DNA of 38,180 bases from a virus (taxonomy: Duplodnaviria > Caudoviricetes), in IMG/VR virus record IMGVR_UViG_3300024999_000025, positions 1 through 38,180 of that record; one strand, given 5' to 3'. Position 1 is the stretch's first letter, and every line of letters begins with the position of its first letter. This document shows, in pieces, positions 22,893 through 31,147 of this stretch. The translations under genes were made by a program, and so were the position numbers. The notes beneath the pieces are model-generated. The model saw only the letters and a program-made list of their open reading frames with translations. It was not told the origin of the DNA and searched no databases.

Positions 22893-24473
22893 TTGAGTGT
22901 AGCAGGCGTGTATTGCCGTCAATCAATTGAGAAACGTGACAGCCTTTCAATTGACGCACAGGCAGAAAAGTGTATACAGTATTGTAATTATAAAGGCTTA
23001 GGATATGAGGTCTACAAAGACGCTGGATATTCGGGTAAGGATATACGCCGCCCTGACTTTGAACGTCTGTTGGATGATGTAAAAGATGGGAAGATTAAAA
23101 CTATAATAACATATAGGCTTGATAGAATATCCCGAAATATAGCCGATTTTGGAAGCCTTATTACTCTGTTCGAGAAACATGGAGTGGACTTTATATCTGT
23201 TAGCGAGAATTTCGACACGTCTACGCCGATGGGCAGGGCTATGGTTATGATCGTAATGGTATTCGCTCAACTTGAGCGTGAAACTATTGCGGAGCGTATA
23301 AAGGACAATTGCTATTATAGGGCTAAATTAGGTAGATGGACAGGAGGTCCCGTTCCGTTTGGTTATGAATCTTCAAAGATAACGGAATCCGGAAAAGAGA
23401 AATCAGTATTAGTTGTGGACTCTGACGAATCAATAATAATAAATAAAATATTCGATATGTACCTGAATAGTAAAAGCGTAAGAAAAGTTGTTGCTGACCT
23501 CAACGGTTCCGGCATAAAAACTAAAAAAGGATCCAATTGGACACAAAAGACTTTATCATGCGTGTTAAGGAATGTTCTATACGCCACAAATACGCCAGAT
23601 GTGTACAATTATTTTACTGATACAGGCATTAATATAGTCAATGATATAACGGATTTTGATGGTTCTCTCGGTTGCATGTTTTATGGACGAACAAAAGGAG
23701 CTGGAGAGAAACAAGACAAATATCACATTATAGTTGGTGAACATAAGGGTATTATATCGGGCGAAAAGTGGATTGAAGCACAAACGATAATGAGTAAGAA
23801 TAAAGCGGTAGCTCCACGAACTGGCAAAGGTACATCTATATTAAGCGGTTTAATTAAATGCGGTATATGCGGATATGGCATGTTAGTAACTCAATCTCTT
23901 ATGTACAGCCGCAAACGTGCTGATAAATATCCAGCTGAAAATATTACTTATAGGTATTTTAAGTGCGGTGCAAAATTGCACCAAGGAACTTGTGTCTGTG
24001 ATAATACTGCAATGAGGGTAGATGAACTTGAGAAACGAGTATTAATTGGATTAAAGAAGGATATAAAAAAGTATATAAATAAAAATATTGTACCAATAGA
24101 TAAGACTAGCAAATTTGCAGAAGAAAAACTGCGAATACAAAACAGCATATACAAGATAGATAAGGATATTAGCAACCTAATAGACAATTTATCTAAAAGT
24201 ACTAGCAGTATTTTAATTGCAAAAGTTGAAGAGAAATTATTAGAATTAGAAAGCCAGAGGAATGTTCTGAATAAAGAAATAGATAAGTTAAGCATAAATA
24301 TTTCTATGTCAAAGAAATCTCAAGGCAATATTGAATATCTTATAAGCATAATGAATGACTTCGATAACATATTTTACAATTCAACATCTGAAGAACAGAA
24401 ACAAATATTAAGAATATTTATAAAACAGGTTATAGTCACCCGTGGCAGTATAACACTTGAAAGATACTTTTAG
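22893..24473 (+). CDS. int: Large serine recombinase (phage integrase)
   Basis: Catalytic YCRQS, D.GYSG..RP, RLDRISR, FAQLERE; recombinase domain; Zn ribbon LSGLIKCGICG...Y.C; coiled coil. Confidence 0.96.
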   Translation: MSVAGVYCRQSIEKRDSLSIDAQAEKCIQYCNYKGLGYEVYKDAGYSGKDIRRPDFERLLDDVKDGKIKTIITYRLDRISRNIADFGSLITLFEKHGVDFISVSENFDTSTPMGRAMVMIVMVFAQLERETIAERIKDNCYYRAKLGRWTGGPVPFGYESSKITESGKEKSVLVVDSDESIIINKIFDMYLNSKSVRKVVADLNGSGIKTKKGSNWTQKTLSCVLRNVLYATNTPDVYNYFTDTGINIVNDITDFDGSLGCMFYGRTKGAGEKQDKYHIIVGEHKGIISGEKWIEAQTIMSKNKAVAPRTGKGTSILSGLIKCGICGYGMLVTQSLMYSRKRADKYPAENITYRYFKCGAKLHQGTCVCDNTAMRVDELEKRVLIGLKKDIKKYINKNIVPIDKTSKFAEEKLRIQNSIYKIDKDISNLIDNLSKSTSSILIAKVEEKLLELESQRNVLNKEIDKLSINISMSKKSQGNIEYLISIMNDFDNIFYNSTSEEQKQILRIFIKQVIVTRGSITLERYF

Positions 24474-24474
24474 T

Positions 24475-24512
24475 ATTTTGATTACTAGTGCATCTGCAAT
24501 GGTTACCAAAAT
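24475..24512. other. Putative attP site
   Basis: ATTTTGATTACTAGTGCA-TC-TGCAATGGTTACCAAAAT: 18-bp arms with 14/18 symmetry around a 2-bp core, starting 2 bp after the int stop. Confidence 0.7.
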
Positions 24513-24602
24513 GCCTAAAGTTTTATTTTCCTTCCATTATAAATATGGGTTATTCATGTGACCGATATCTCAATAGGTATTATGGATTAAATAAAAAAAC
24601 AA

Positions 24603-24710
24603 TTAAACTCCTTTTTTATCTGAAAATATTTCTACTAATACTCCAATAAAACATATCCCTATGAATATTCCAACTATAATTCCCAATATGGTTCCTGATA
24701 TAAAGCCCAT
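24603..24710 (-). CDS. 35-aa single-TM peptide
   Basis: MGFISGTILGIIVGIFIGICFIGVLVEIFSDKKGV; AAAGGA RBS; own promoter. Confidence 0.65.
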   Translation of the reverse strand: MGFISGTILGIIVGIFIGICFIGVLVEIFSDKKGV

Positions 24711-24743
24711 ATGTGTAAATCCTTTCTTGGTTCTCTTTGTTTC

Positions 24744-24786
24744 AGTATATTTATTTAGTCCATACGTGTCAATACATGTCAATACA
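24744..24786 (-). promoter_or_regulatory. sigmaA promoter overlapped by 10-bp direct repeats
   Basis: TTGACA-17-TATACT; TGTCAATACA x2 at 24767-24786. Confidence 0.75.
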
Positions 24787-24846
24787 TATTTCAACTTATA
24801 TTAATAATAATATACAAGTATATTATTATTGGGAGATGAAAATAAT

Positions 24847-25020
24847 ATGTCTTATCGTGTACCATATGGGACTAAGGTTGATAAAGAATTACGTGATAAA
24901 TTATTAAAATTATCAGAAAAAACAAGAATACCTCAATCGAAGCTAGTCGATGAGGCATTAGAATTGTTATTTAGTCAAAAAAATTATGAAATATTATTAG
25001 GAAAGAAAGGGGAGGAATAA
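24847..25020 (+). CDS. Ribbon-helix-helix domain protein
   Basis: RVPYGTKVDKEL..KL..LS..TRIPQSKLVDEALELL. Confidence 0.85.
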   Translation: MSYRVPYGTKVDKELRDKLLKLSEKTRIPQSKLVDEALELLFSQKNYEILLGKKGEE

Positions 25021-25026
25021 TCTCCC

Positions 25027-25197
25027 CTATTTTTCATATGATGTATATACCCCAGCCCCCAGCAATAAGTAGCTTACAATATCTACGAATGTTCTAAATT
25101 CGTCATCGGGTATATTTATACCGAAATATTTTAGTGCGTTGTAAATCAATCCTGATAGAGCCATGATAAATAATGGGTTTTTTATTCTGTTTATCAT
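25027..25197 (-). CDS. Holin, 56 aa (not in ORF track)
   Basis: MINRIKNPLFIMALSGLIY...FVDIVSYLLLGAGVY; two TM; GGAGG RBS; directly after the endolysin. Confidence 0.75.
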   Translation of the reverse strand: MINRIKNPLFIMALSGLIYNALKYFGINIPDDEFRTFVDIVSYLLLGAGVYTSYEK

Positions 25198-25199
25198 TT

Positions 25200-25709
25200 T
25201 TATACCTCCAAATATTTAACTATTCCGTTATAAATTGCTTTCGCCAATGCTTGCCTATGTGTAGTTATGAACTTAGCATCATTGGCATTGTCATGGAAAG
25301 CTACTTCGATTATTACCGATGGAGCTTTAGTTTTTCTTACTTCAGCTAGCGTTATAGTTGGCTTTATTCCTCTATCCTTTGATGGAGTTAAATATTCCAA
25401 CTCATCGTAAATGCACTTAGCAATCTTCGCCCCTTTAGATGATAATAAGCAATACAATACTTCACACCCTCTTGCTTTACCATTGCAAGCATTTGAATGT
25501 ATCGCAATATGTAAGTCAACATTTTTATTGTTTGAATCTTGTATAACTTGGCTCAATGTCATAGTGCGATCATTCCTATATACTATGTATTTCTTTTTAA
25601 GCATTGGGATAAGATAGTCACACAGCTCATTCATGCGTGTTTCTTCTGTACCATAATTTCCAACGCCAATATTGTGTTCCTGTGTTGATGGGCTAACGTA
25701 TATTCTCAT
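25200..25709 (-). CDS. Endolysin, N-acetylmuramoyl-L-alanine amidase (Amidase_3), catalytic domain only
   Basis: IAIHSNA, RGCEV, DRGIK, LAEVR.T.AP.VIIEVAFHDN. Confidence 0.92.
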   Translation of the reverse strand: MRIYVSPSTQEHNIGVGNYGTEETRMNELCDYLIPMLKKKYIVYRNDRTMTLSQVIQDSNNKNVDLHIAIHSNACNGKARGCEVLYCLLSSKGAKIAKCIYDELEYLTPSKDRGIKPTITLAEVRKTKAPSVIIEVAFHDNANDAKFITTHRQALAKAIYNGIVKYLEV

Positions 25710-25721
25710 ATTTTCACCTTC

Positions 25722-25988
25722 TTATAATAATTTGCCCGCAAAAAAAGCAACTACTGCTGATATAGCTGCCGTCACTACTGATGCTGTGACTAAATCCCAA
25801 CGCTTTTGCGGTTGTTGCAGTAATTGTGTTATTTGTGCCTCTAGCCTTTCAAACTTTTCTGTTAATGTTTTAAGCTGTTCTTCAATTCTGACTAGCTTTA
25901 ATGAATCCTGACTATTGGCATCTTTTAGCTTCTCTACATCTTTTTCAAGCCTTTCAAATCGACTTATGATTAATGTTTCATCCATCAC
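25722..25988 (-). CDS. XhlA-like coiled-coil plus C-terminal TM lysis protein
   Basis: Coiled coil then P.KRWD and a hydrophobic tail; upstream of the endolysin. Confidence 0.7.
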   Translation of the reverse strand: MMDETLIISRFERLEKDVEKLKDANSQDSLKLVRIEEQLKTLTEKFERLEAQITQLLQQPQKRWDLVTASVVTAAISAVVAFFAGKLL

Positions 25989-26065
25989 ATATCCCTCCTT
26001 GGTCTTGGCTTTGGTGGTTTTGGTGGCTTTGGTGGCTTTGCTGGTTTCCCTCTTTTAAGAATCAT
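25985..26065 (-). CDS. 26-aa Pro/Lys-rich cationic peptide (not in ORF track)
   Basis: AAGGAGG RBS; MILKRGKPAKPPKPPKPPKPRPRRDM; GTGA overlap with the next gene. Confidence 0.65.
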   Translation of the reverse strand: MILKRGKPAKPPKPPKPPKPRPRRDM

Positions 26066-26078
26066 TTCTCATTCCTCC

Positions 26079-26303
26079 TTATTTTATGGTTTGTGTGACT
26101 GTCTGATCTGTTTGCTTAAGTTCTTGGTTCATTTGGTCATAACTATATGTATTAACAAAATAAAACCCACAAAGTACCATTATGCATACAGCCCAAACCG
26201 ATGATATTAATACAATGGTGTTTACTAGCCTTTTGTTTATCTCGTTATTTCGTTTGGATTCGTCACGCATAATCTCTATAATTTGCAATACTTTTTCTTC
26301 CAT
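26079..26303 (-). CDS. Single-TM protein at the head of the lysis cassette
   Basis: GGAGG RBS; central hydrophobic helix. Confidence 0.7.
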   Translation of the reverse strand: MEEKVLQIIEIMRDESKRNNEINKRLVNTIVLISSVWAVCIMVLCGFYFVNTYSYDQMNQELKQTDQTVTQTIK

Positions 26304-26444
26304 TTGCACCTCCGTGAGTTTTATTTTGTGGTATAAAAAAGCCCTGTTTTAGGCTAAAGTTTGGCTTAGTTTAGCTAAAAAAACAAGGCTTAAAATGGGG
26401 GTAATTTGCGGTTTTTATAGGGTAGTGCTTATGATTACACTACC

Positions 26445-29400
26445 TTATTTTGTGGGTACTAAACCCATCTTAACCAATATTTCATTTTTTGCAATTTTCT
26501 TTGATTTTTCTACGATGTTGCTAATATACTTTGCTTTTTGTTCATCGTTAGAGTTTTTATAATTTGGCGAAGAGATAATTGATGCAGTACCTAATAATCC
26601 TAATTTAGAGTCACCGTTAGTTATTAATTTACCTACTCGCTTTTGATAATTTACATATTCATCAGCGGTTAAGTTAACTCTTGGGTTTTTCTTGGTTTCG
26701 AGTATATATTTTGTAACTACTGGCGGTAACTGGTCTGTCATTTTAGAATCATTATAAAGTCTGATGATTTCCTTTTGTGTTTCATCCGGCTTATATGTTG
26801 TATTAAATCCCGGATTAAACATTACATTCCACACATTATTTTTGCCCTGGAACGCTTTCACATCATTACCGAATACATCTTGTTTAGCTGGTAGTGATTT
26901 GCTTGCATAAGGTAATCTTGCAATAGTTCTGTTCAAGGTTTGTTTCAAGGGATTAGGGTCATAAGTTTCCCTAACGTATGGGTCAACTAACTGTGATATC
27001 TGTTTGCCCACTGTTGGAGTAGCTTGAGTAGTAGAACCCAGTAAAGTTTTGGCTATGCTCACAGCAGGACTGTAACCACTCATTAATTTAGCGGGTCCTT
27101 GTAGTACCGTAGACTTAAATAACAAATTTACTGCACTTTCAGAACCTTCTAGTACAGCACTTTGACCGTCTTTTCTATTCTTCACAGCATTATATACATC
27201 TGCCCCTAATGCAATCGGAGCTGATGCCGGCAATGCCCAATCGTAAGTGATGTACTTATCACCTATTTTGAAAGCGTAATTCTGCTTGCCTAACGCTGTT
27301 TCTATACCCTCAATCTTACTGCTTTTATCTCTATTGCCAGTAATAAGTCCTTTTTCTGCCATCATATAGCCTACTACTGCCATCCCTGTGCCGGTTAAAC
27401 TTCTTGCAAGAGTATCAACAAAATATTTTTGGTTGAATGTTCCTTTCCCTTTTGTAGATACAACGTGATAAACAGACTTCAATGACCCGGCTGGTGAATA
27501 ATCAATAAATTTATCAAGTATGTTTGCAGGTGTTTTAGCAAAAGGCAAAACGAGATTAGCAAAAAGTTGAAAAACTGTATTATCCGATAGTTTTTTGCTT
27601 TTTATAAATATCTTAGACATTTCACTATCATTTTGGAATGTCCTTTCAAGTGCGTGCAGTCTTGCCATTTCTTCTATTTCTGGTGTTACTTGCGAAACAC
27701 CCTTGATTTTTTTTAGCTCGGCTATTCGGCTATTATAAGCCGCCTGATAAAAAGGTCTGTCACCAAGCTTTAACATATTTCCAACGACGGAATGGATTTT
27801 ATTAGCTCCTTTGTTTACGCTTCGTATAAATGGGTTAGGATTATTTTCATTGAATATCTTAACTTTGTTAGGTAGCTCAACTCCTGCACCAGTTGGGTTT
27901 GTATTAACTCCGGTTTTTATATCTAATGCCCATTCTTTTAATCCTTGTTTAGCTCCTTTTATGGCTTCTTTGCCTTTTAGTAAAGGTGCTAATATAGTTG
28001 TTCTTTCGCTTCCTCTGATCTTTGAAACTGTTTTATCAATCACTGCACCAGGAATATTCTTCACACCTTCAAGCGTATTGAGTAAAGTATTACCTAAAGG
28101 ATTTCTAACTAATGTAGTTTTAGGATTCAGCAACATAGATATTCTTTGAACTGCTTGAAACTTTTCAATTACAGTTGATGGTATTTTATCCGCTATTAAC
28201 TGCGATACGTTGCCATATGCCGACCTTTGTTGATAGCTTCCTTCAGGTAATGTTTTAGCTAGTTCCATATTTTTGATTATATATTTAACATCGTCTTTAG
28301 TTAGAGTTGGCAAACCTTTCTTTTCTTTTATCAAATCCCTTATTGCAGCATCATCATAAGCACCGAGATTGATTAATTCCATAACCTTATCAGTAGTTGA
28401 CTTTTGCCCTTTTTTGGGTATTTCTCTAAACATCTGTTTTAGTAATGATTCGCTTTTTTCTTTTACTAGCTGGTCAAATCTGCTTTGAATCTTTCGTGCT
28501 AGTAATAAAGCATCCCCAGCTTTTGCCCCTGTTGCTGTAGCAAGATGGTCAGTTAATTCTTTTAATGCTTGTTCCTTATCACCTTTTGAAGATTTAGCAA
28601 TATCAATTAATTTCTGGTCTAATCCCTTCATACCTGTTTGTACGCTTCTATTTAGTGTATTTTGTGAATAGGTAGGTATTATTCCCTTGTTAAAGTAATC
28701 ATCTAAAATTTGCGTAATTTCTGGATTGCTAGCGTACTTATCTTTAACTATCGTCTGTGCTTTTTGCCATACATCAGCATATTGTGATTTATTTTGTATA
28801 GCTTGACGTAAAAACTCAATAGGATTACGCTTAACTGCTAATGCTCGTTCAGGCAATGGTGATTCTTTAGCTGACTTGAAAAGTTCATCAACCATATCAC
28901 TAATGGGGTTTGTTTGCCTTTTGCCTTGTTCTTTTAGCGTACCAGATACTTTGATTGCTAATAGTTGTTCTGGTAATAGTTCTTCAGTAGCTTGTTTAGC
29001 AGCATCTTTTTGAGCCTTGTTTATAGCATCTTTAGCTTGTTTTGTTTCGTTATCTATCTTGTCAGAAAGTCTTGGATTAGATTTTTTGAGATTATCGTCA
29101 ACTTTATCAATTACTCTCTGTGCATCAGTCAAAGCCCCTTCAGCAGATTTCTTTTCCCACGCTGTATCAGTTCCTTTTAATGCTCTTGCTGTTTCTCTGG
29201 TCTTACTTGAGATAGTCTTTAACCAGTCCTGAAGCTTTGTAACATCACCAGTAATTTTTGCATCTTCTAAAAGTGCAGATGTAACAACTGCTCCCTCGTG
29301 TGCATCAATACCACCAGATAATGACTTTTGACCTTTTATCCGTTCCATTACTCCGTTGATATCATTACTTACGTTTTCAACTGCTTTGGATTGCCATTCT

Positions 29401-31133
29401 TTGCTTGATTCTGGTATGTAGTCAAATTCATTAGGGTTGAGTTTAGTTTTAATATCATCAGGTATCATTGTTGATCTAGCTATTGTATTAGTCTTAAACT
29501 GGCTTAATTTACGTTTTAATTCTGCAAATAGCTGTAAATCTATAGTCATGCCTTTAGATTGATTACTTACCATATCGTCATATATTCGTTGTAGTTCTGG
29601 TTGGGTGTCTGGCAGCTTGTAAGGTTCAGGCTTCACTATAGGCTGTTCTTTGGCTCTCAACTTTAACTCTGGATATATTGGCTTATTGTATGGCTGTAAT
29701 CCTTTTTGTACTGTAGTTGATGGAGTAAATTGACGATTAACATCTGGTATTTGCTTAATTTGTTCTGGATTAAATACAGCATAAGTCTTAGACCCATCTT
29801 TTTCAACAATCTTAAATCCATCATATCCCAATGATTTTAATCCACTTGCAATGTCATTAATTCCTTTTAATTGACCTAGCTTAGTCGGTTCTGTAATTCT
29901 AGGATAATCTCCTTCATAATTGAATGCTTCTTCGAACTGTCGTGGAGTTATTTTATTATTATTGTAATCCCATAATTTATCGTGGCTTAATTTAGCTTTT
30001 ATAACTCTAGGACTTCCAGTATTGCCGCGATATGTAGTTGAATAATTTTCTGCCGACTTTAATGAATCTGTAAAATAGAATCCTGGGCCGTACAAAGTAT
30101 TTGGTTTATTTTGAGCTTTATCAAATTCTTTGAAATCTTTATTGGTACCATGATAAACAATATCGTTTTCGCCAACGGGCTTATTTCTAACCGTACTAAC
30201 CTTATTAACTGTAGTTTCAACAGGCTTAAACTCTTGCGTGTAGCCTATTGGTTTGAGTTTGTATGCTCCTGTGGTTGGTTTTATTTGTTTAGGTGCTTGA
30301 GCAGAAACGTCACTTAAACCTTTGTAAATATCTTTGCCTATTACTTTATCAACCGACTTATTTAATGCGTTAGATGCACCCTTTTTAATCTTACCAGCAC
30401 CAGCTAATGCACCTCTTATTACTAAATTACCTGTTCCTCCATATAAAGGTGCTTCTATTGCTATCTTCTTTGCTAGTTCTTTACCTTCTAGCCCTTCGCT
30501 AGTTCCTTGAATTGCGGATATAGGAACCATGCTAGCAGTACCGCCTACAAATTTAGGTAATGCCCAATTTGCAGATTTAGCAACAACTTTATTTGTAATT
30601 TTAGGTGCTAATTTCGCTAATGCGTTTGCCGTTACTCTTGATGCTCCACTTTCTAATGCCGTTACTACGCTTTCACCGCCTGTTTGCCTGCCAGCTTGAA
30701 CAAATCCTAATATATCAGCTCCTAAGTTGGCTACAGGATTGCTTGTAGTAGGTAGGTTATCCAAGTCTGCACCATTACCCGAAAAGTTACCAGCCACTTG
30801 CGTTTGCCTGTCTGCGAATGATTCCATCTTTTCTTTGAATGGTCTATTCTTTAGGTATTCTTTATACTTTGCATCCGCTTCATCTCTTTTAATTTGGTCT
30901 TGAACCTGTGCATCCCAATTCTTAACGATTGGTTTTGCCGCTAATACTTTTGGTAATGTTACTTCTGGGGCTATTACGCTGTTTAAGTAGTTAGGTATAA
31001 CGTCTTTAACAGGTGTTTTGTCTACCATAGATTTAACAGGATTAGGATTAGAATATTTCTCATAAAGTGATTTAGGCTTAATAACAGGTGTAGCTTTTTC
31101 AGTTTTCTTTGAATATTTATCGTAAAGTGACAT
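26445..31133 (-). CDS. Large internal virion/ejection-type polyvalent protein with ADP-ribosyltransferase-like domain
   Basis: 1562 aa, last structural gene; aa ~326-460 VYHGT...F.EF...YGPGFYFT...A..Y...GYDG...YAVF.PEQIK; helical C-terminal body with PFAKTPANI. Confidence 0.8.
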   Translation of the reverse strand: MSLYDKYSKKTEKATPVIKPKSLYEKYSNPNPVKSMVDKTPVKDVIPNYLNSVIAPEVTLPKVLAAKPIVKNWDAQVQDQIKRDEADAKYKEYLKNRPFKEKMESFADRQTQVAGNFSGNGADLDNLPTTSNPVANLGADILGFVQAGRQTGGESVVTALESGASRVTANALAKLAPKITNKVVAKSANWALPKFVGGTASMVPISAIQGTSEGLEGKELAKKIAIEAPLYGGTGNLVIRGALAGAGKIKKGASNALNKSVDKVIGKDIYKGLSDVSAQAPKQIKPTTGAYKLKPIGYTQEFKPVETTVNKVSTVRNKPVGENDIVYHGTNKDFKEFDKAQNKPNTLYGPGFYFTDSLKSAENYSTTYRGNTGSPRVIKAKLSHDKLWDYNNNKITPRQFEEAFNYEGDYPRITEPTKLGQLKGINDIASGLKSLGYDGFKIVEKDGSKTYAVFNPEQIKQIPDVNRQFTPSTTVQKGLQPYNKPIYPELKLRAKEQPIVKPEPYKLPDTQPELQRIYDDMVSNQSKGMTIDLQLFAELKRKLSQFKTNTIARSTMIPDDIKTKLNPNEFDYIPESSKEWQSKAVENVSNDINGVMERIKGQKSLSGGIDAHEGAVVTSALLEDAKITGDVTKLQDWLKTISSKTRETARALKGTDTAWEKKSAEGALTDAQRVIDKVDDNLKKSNPRLSDKIDNETKQAKDAINKAQKDAAKQATEELLPEQLLAIKVSGTLKEQGKRQTNPISDMVDELFKSAKESPLPERALAVKRNPIEFLRQAIQNKSQYADVWQKAQTIVKDKYASNPEITQILDDYFNKGIIPTYSQNTLNRSVQTGMKGLDQKLIDIAKSSKGDKEQALKELTDHLATATGAKAGDALLLARKIQSRFDQLVKEKSESLLKQMFREIPKKGQKSTTDKVMELINLGAYDDAAIRDLIKEKKGLPTLTKDDVKYIIKNMELAKTLPEGSYQQRSAYGNVSQLIADKIPSTVIEKFQAVQRISMLLNPKTTLVRNPLGNTLLNTLEGVKNIPGAVIDKTVSKIRGSERTTILAPLLKGKEAIKGAKQGLKEWALDIKTGVNTNPTGAGVELPNKVKIFNENNPNPFIRSVNKGANKIHSVVGNMLKLGDRPFYQAAYNSRIAELKKIKGVSQVTPEIEEMARLHALERTFQNDSEMSKIFIKSKKLSDNTVFQLFANLVLPFAKTPANILDKFIDYSPAGSLKSVYHVVSTKGKGTFNQKYFVDTLARSLTGTGMAVVGYMMAEKGLITGNRDKSSKIEGIETALGKQNYAFKIGDKYITYDWALPASAPIALGADVYNAVKNRKDGQSAVLEGSESAVNLLFKSTVLQGPAKLMSGYSPAVSIAKTLLGSTTQATPTVGKQISQLVDPYVRETYDPNPLKQTLNRTIARLPYASKSLPAKQDVFGNDVKAFQGKNNVWNVMFNPGFNTTYKPDETQKEIIRLYNDSKMTDQLPPVVTKYILETKKNPRVNLTADEYVNYQKRVGKLITNGDSKLGLLGTASIISSPNYKNSNDEQKAKYISNIVEKSKKIAKNEILVKMGLVPTK

Positions 31134-31147
31134 ATTATCACCCCATT

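Noticed and set aside
26445-31133. Tape measure protein
   Set aside because: No tail tube or chaperone genes upstream; it lies after the tailspike in a podovirus-like order and carries an enzyme-like domain
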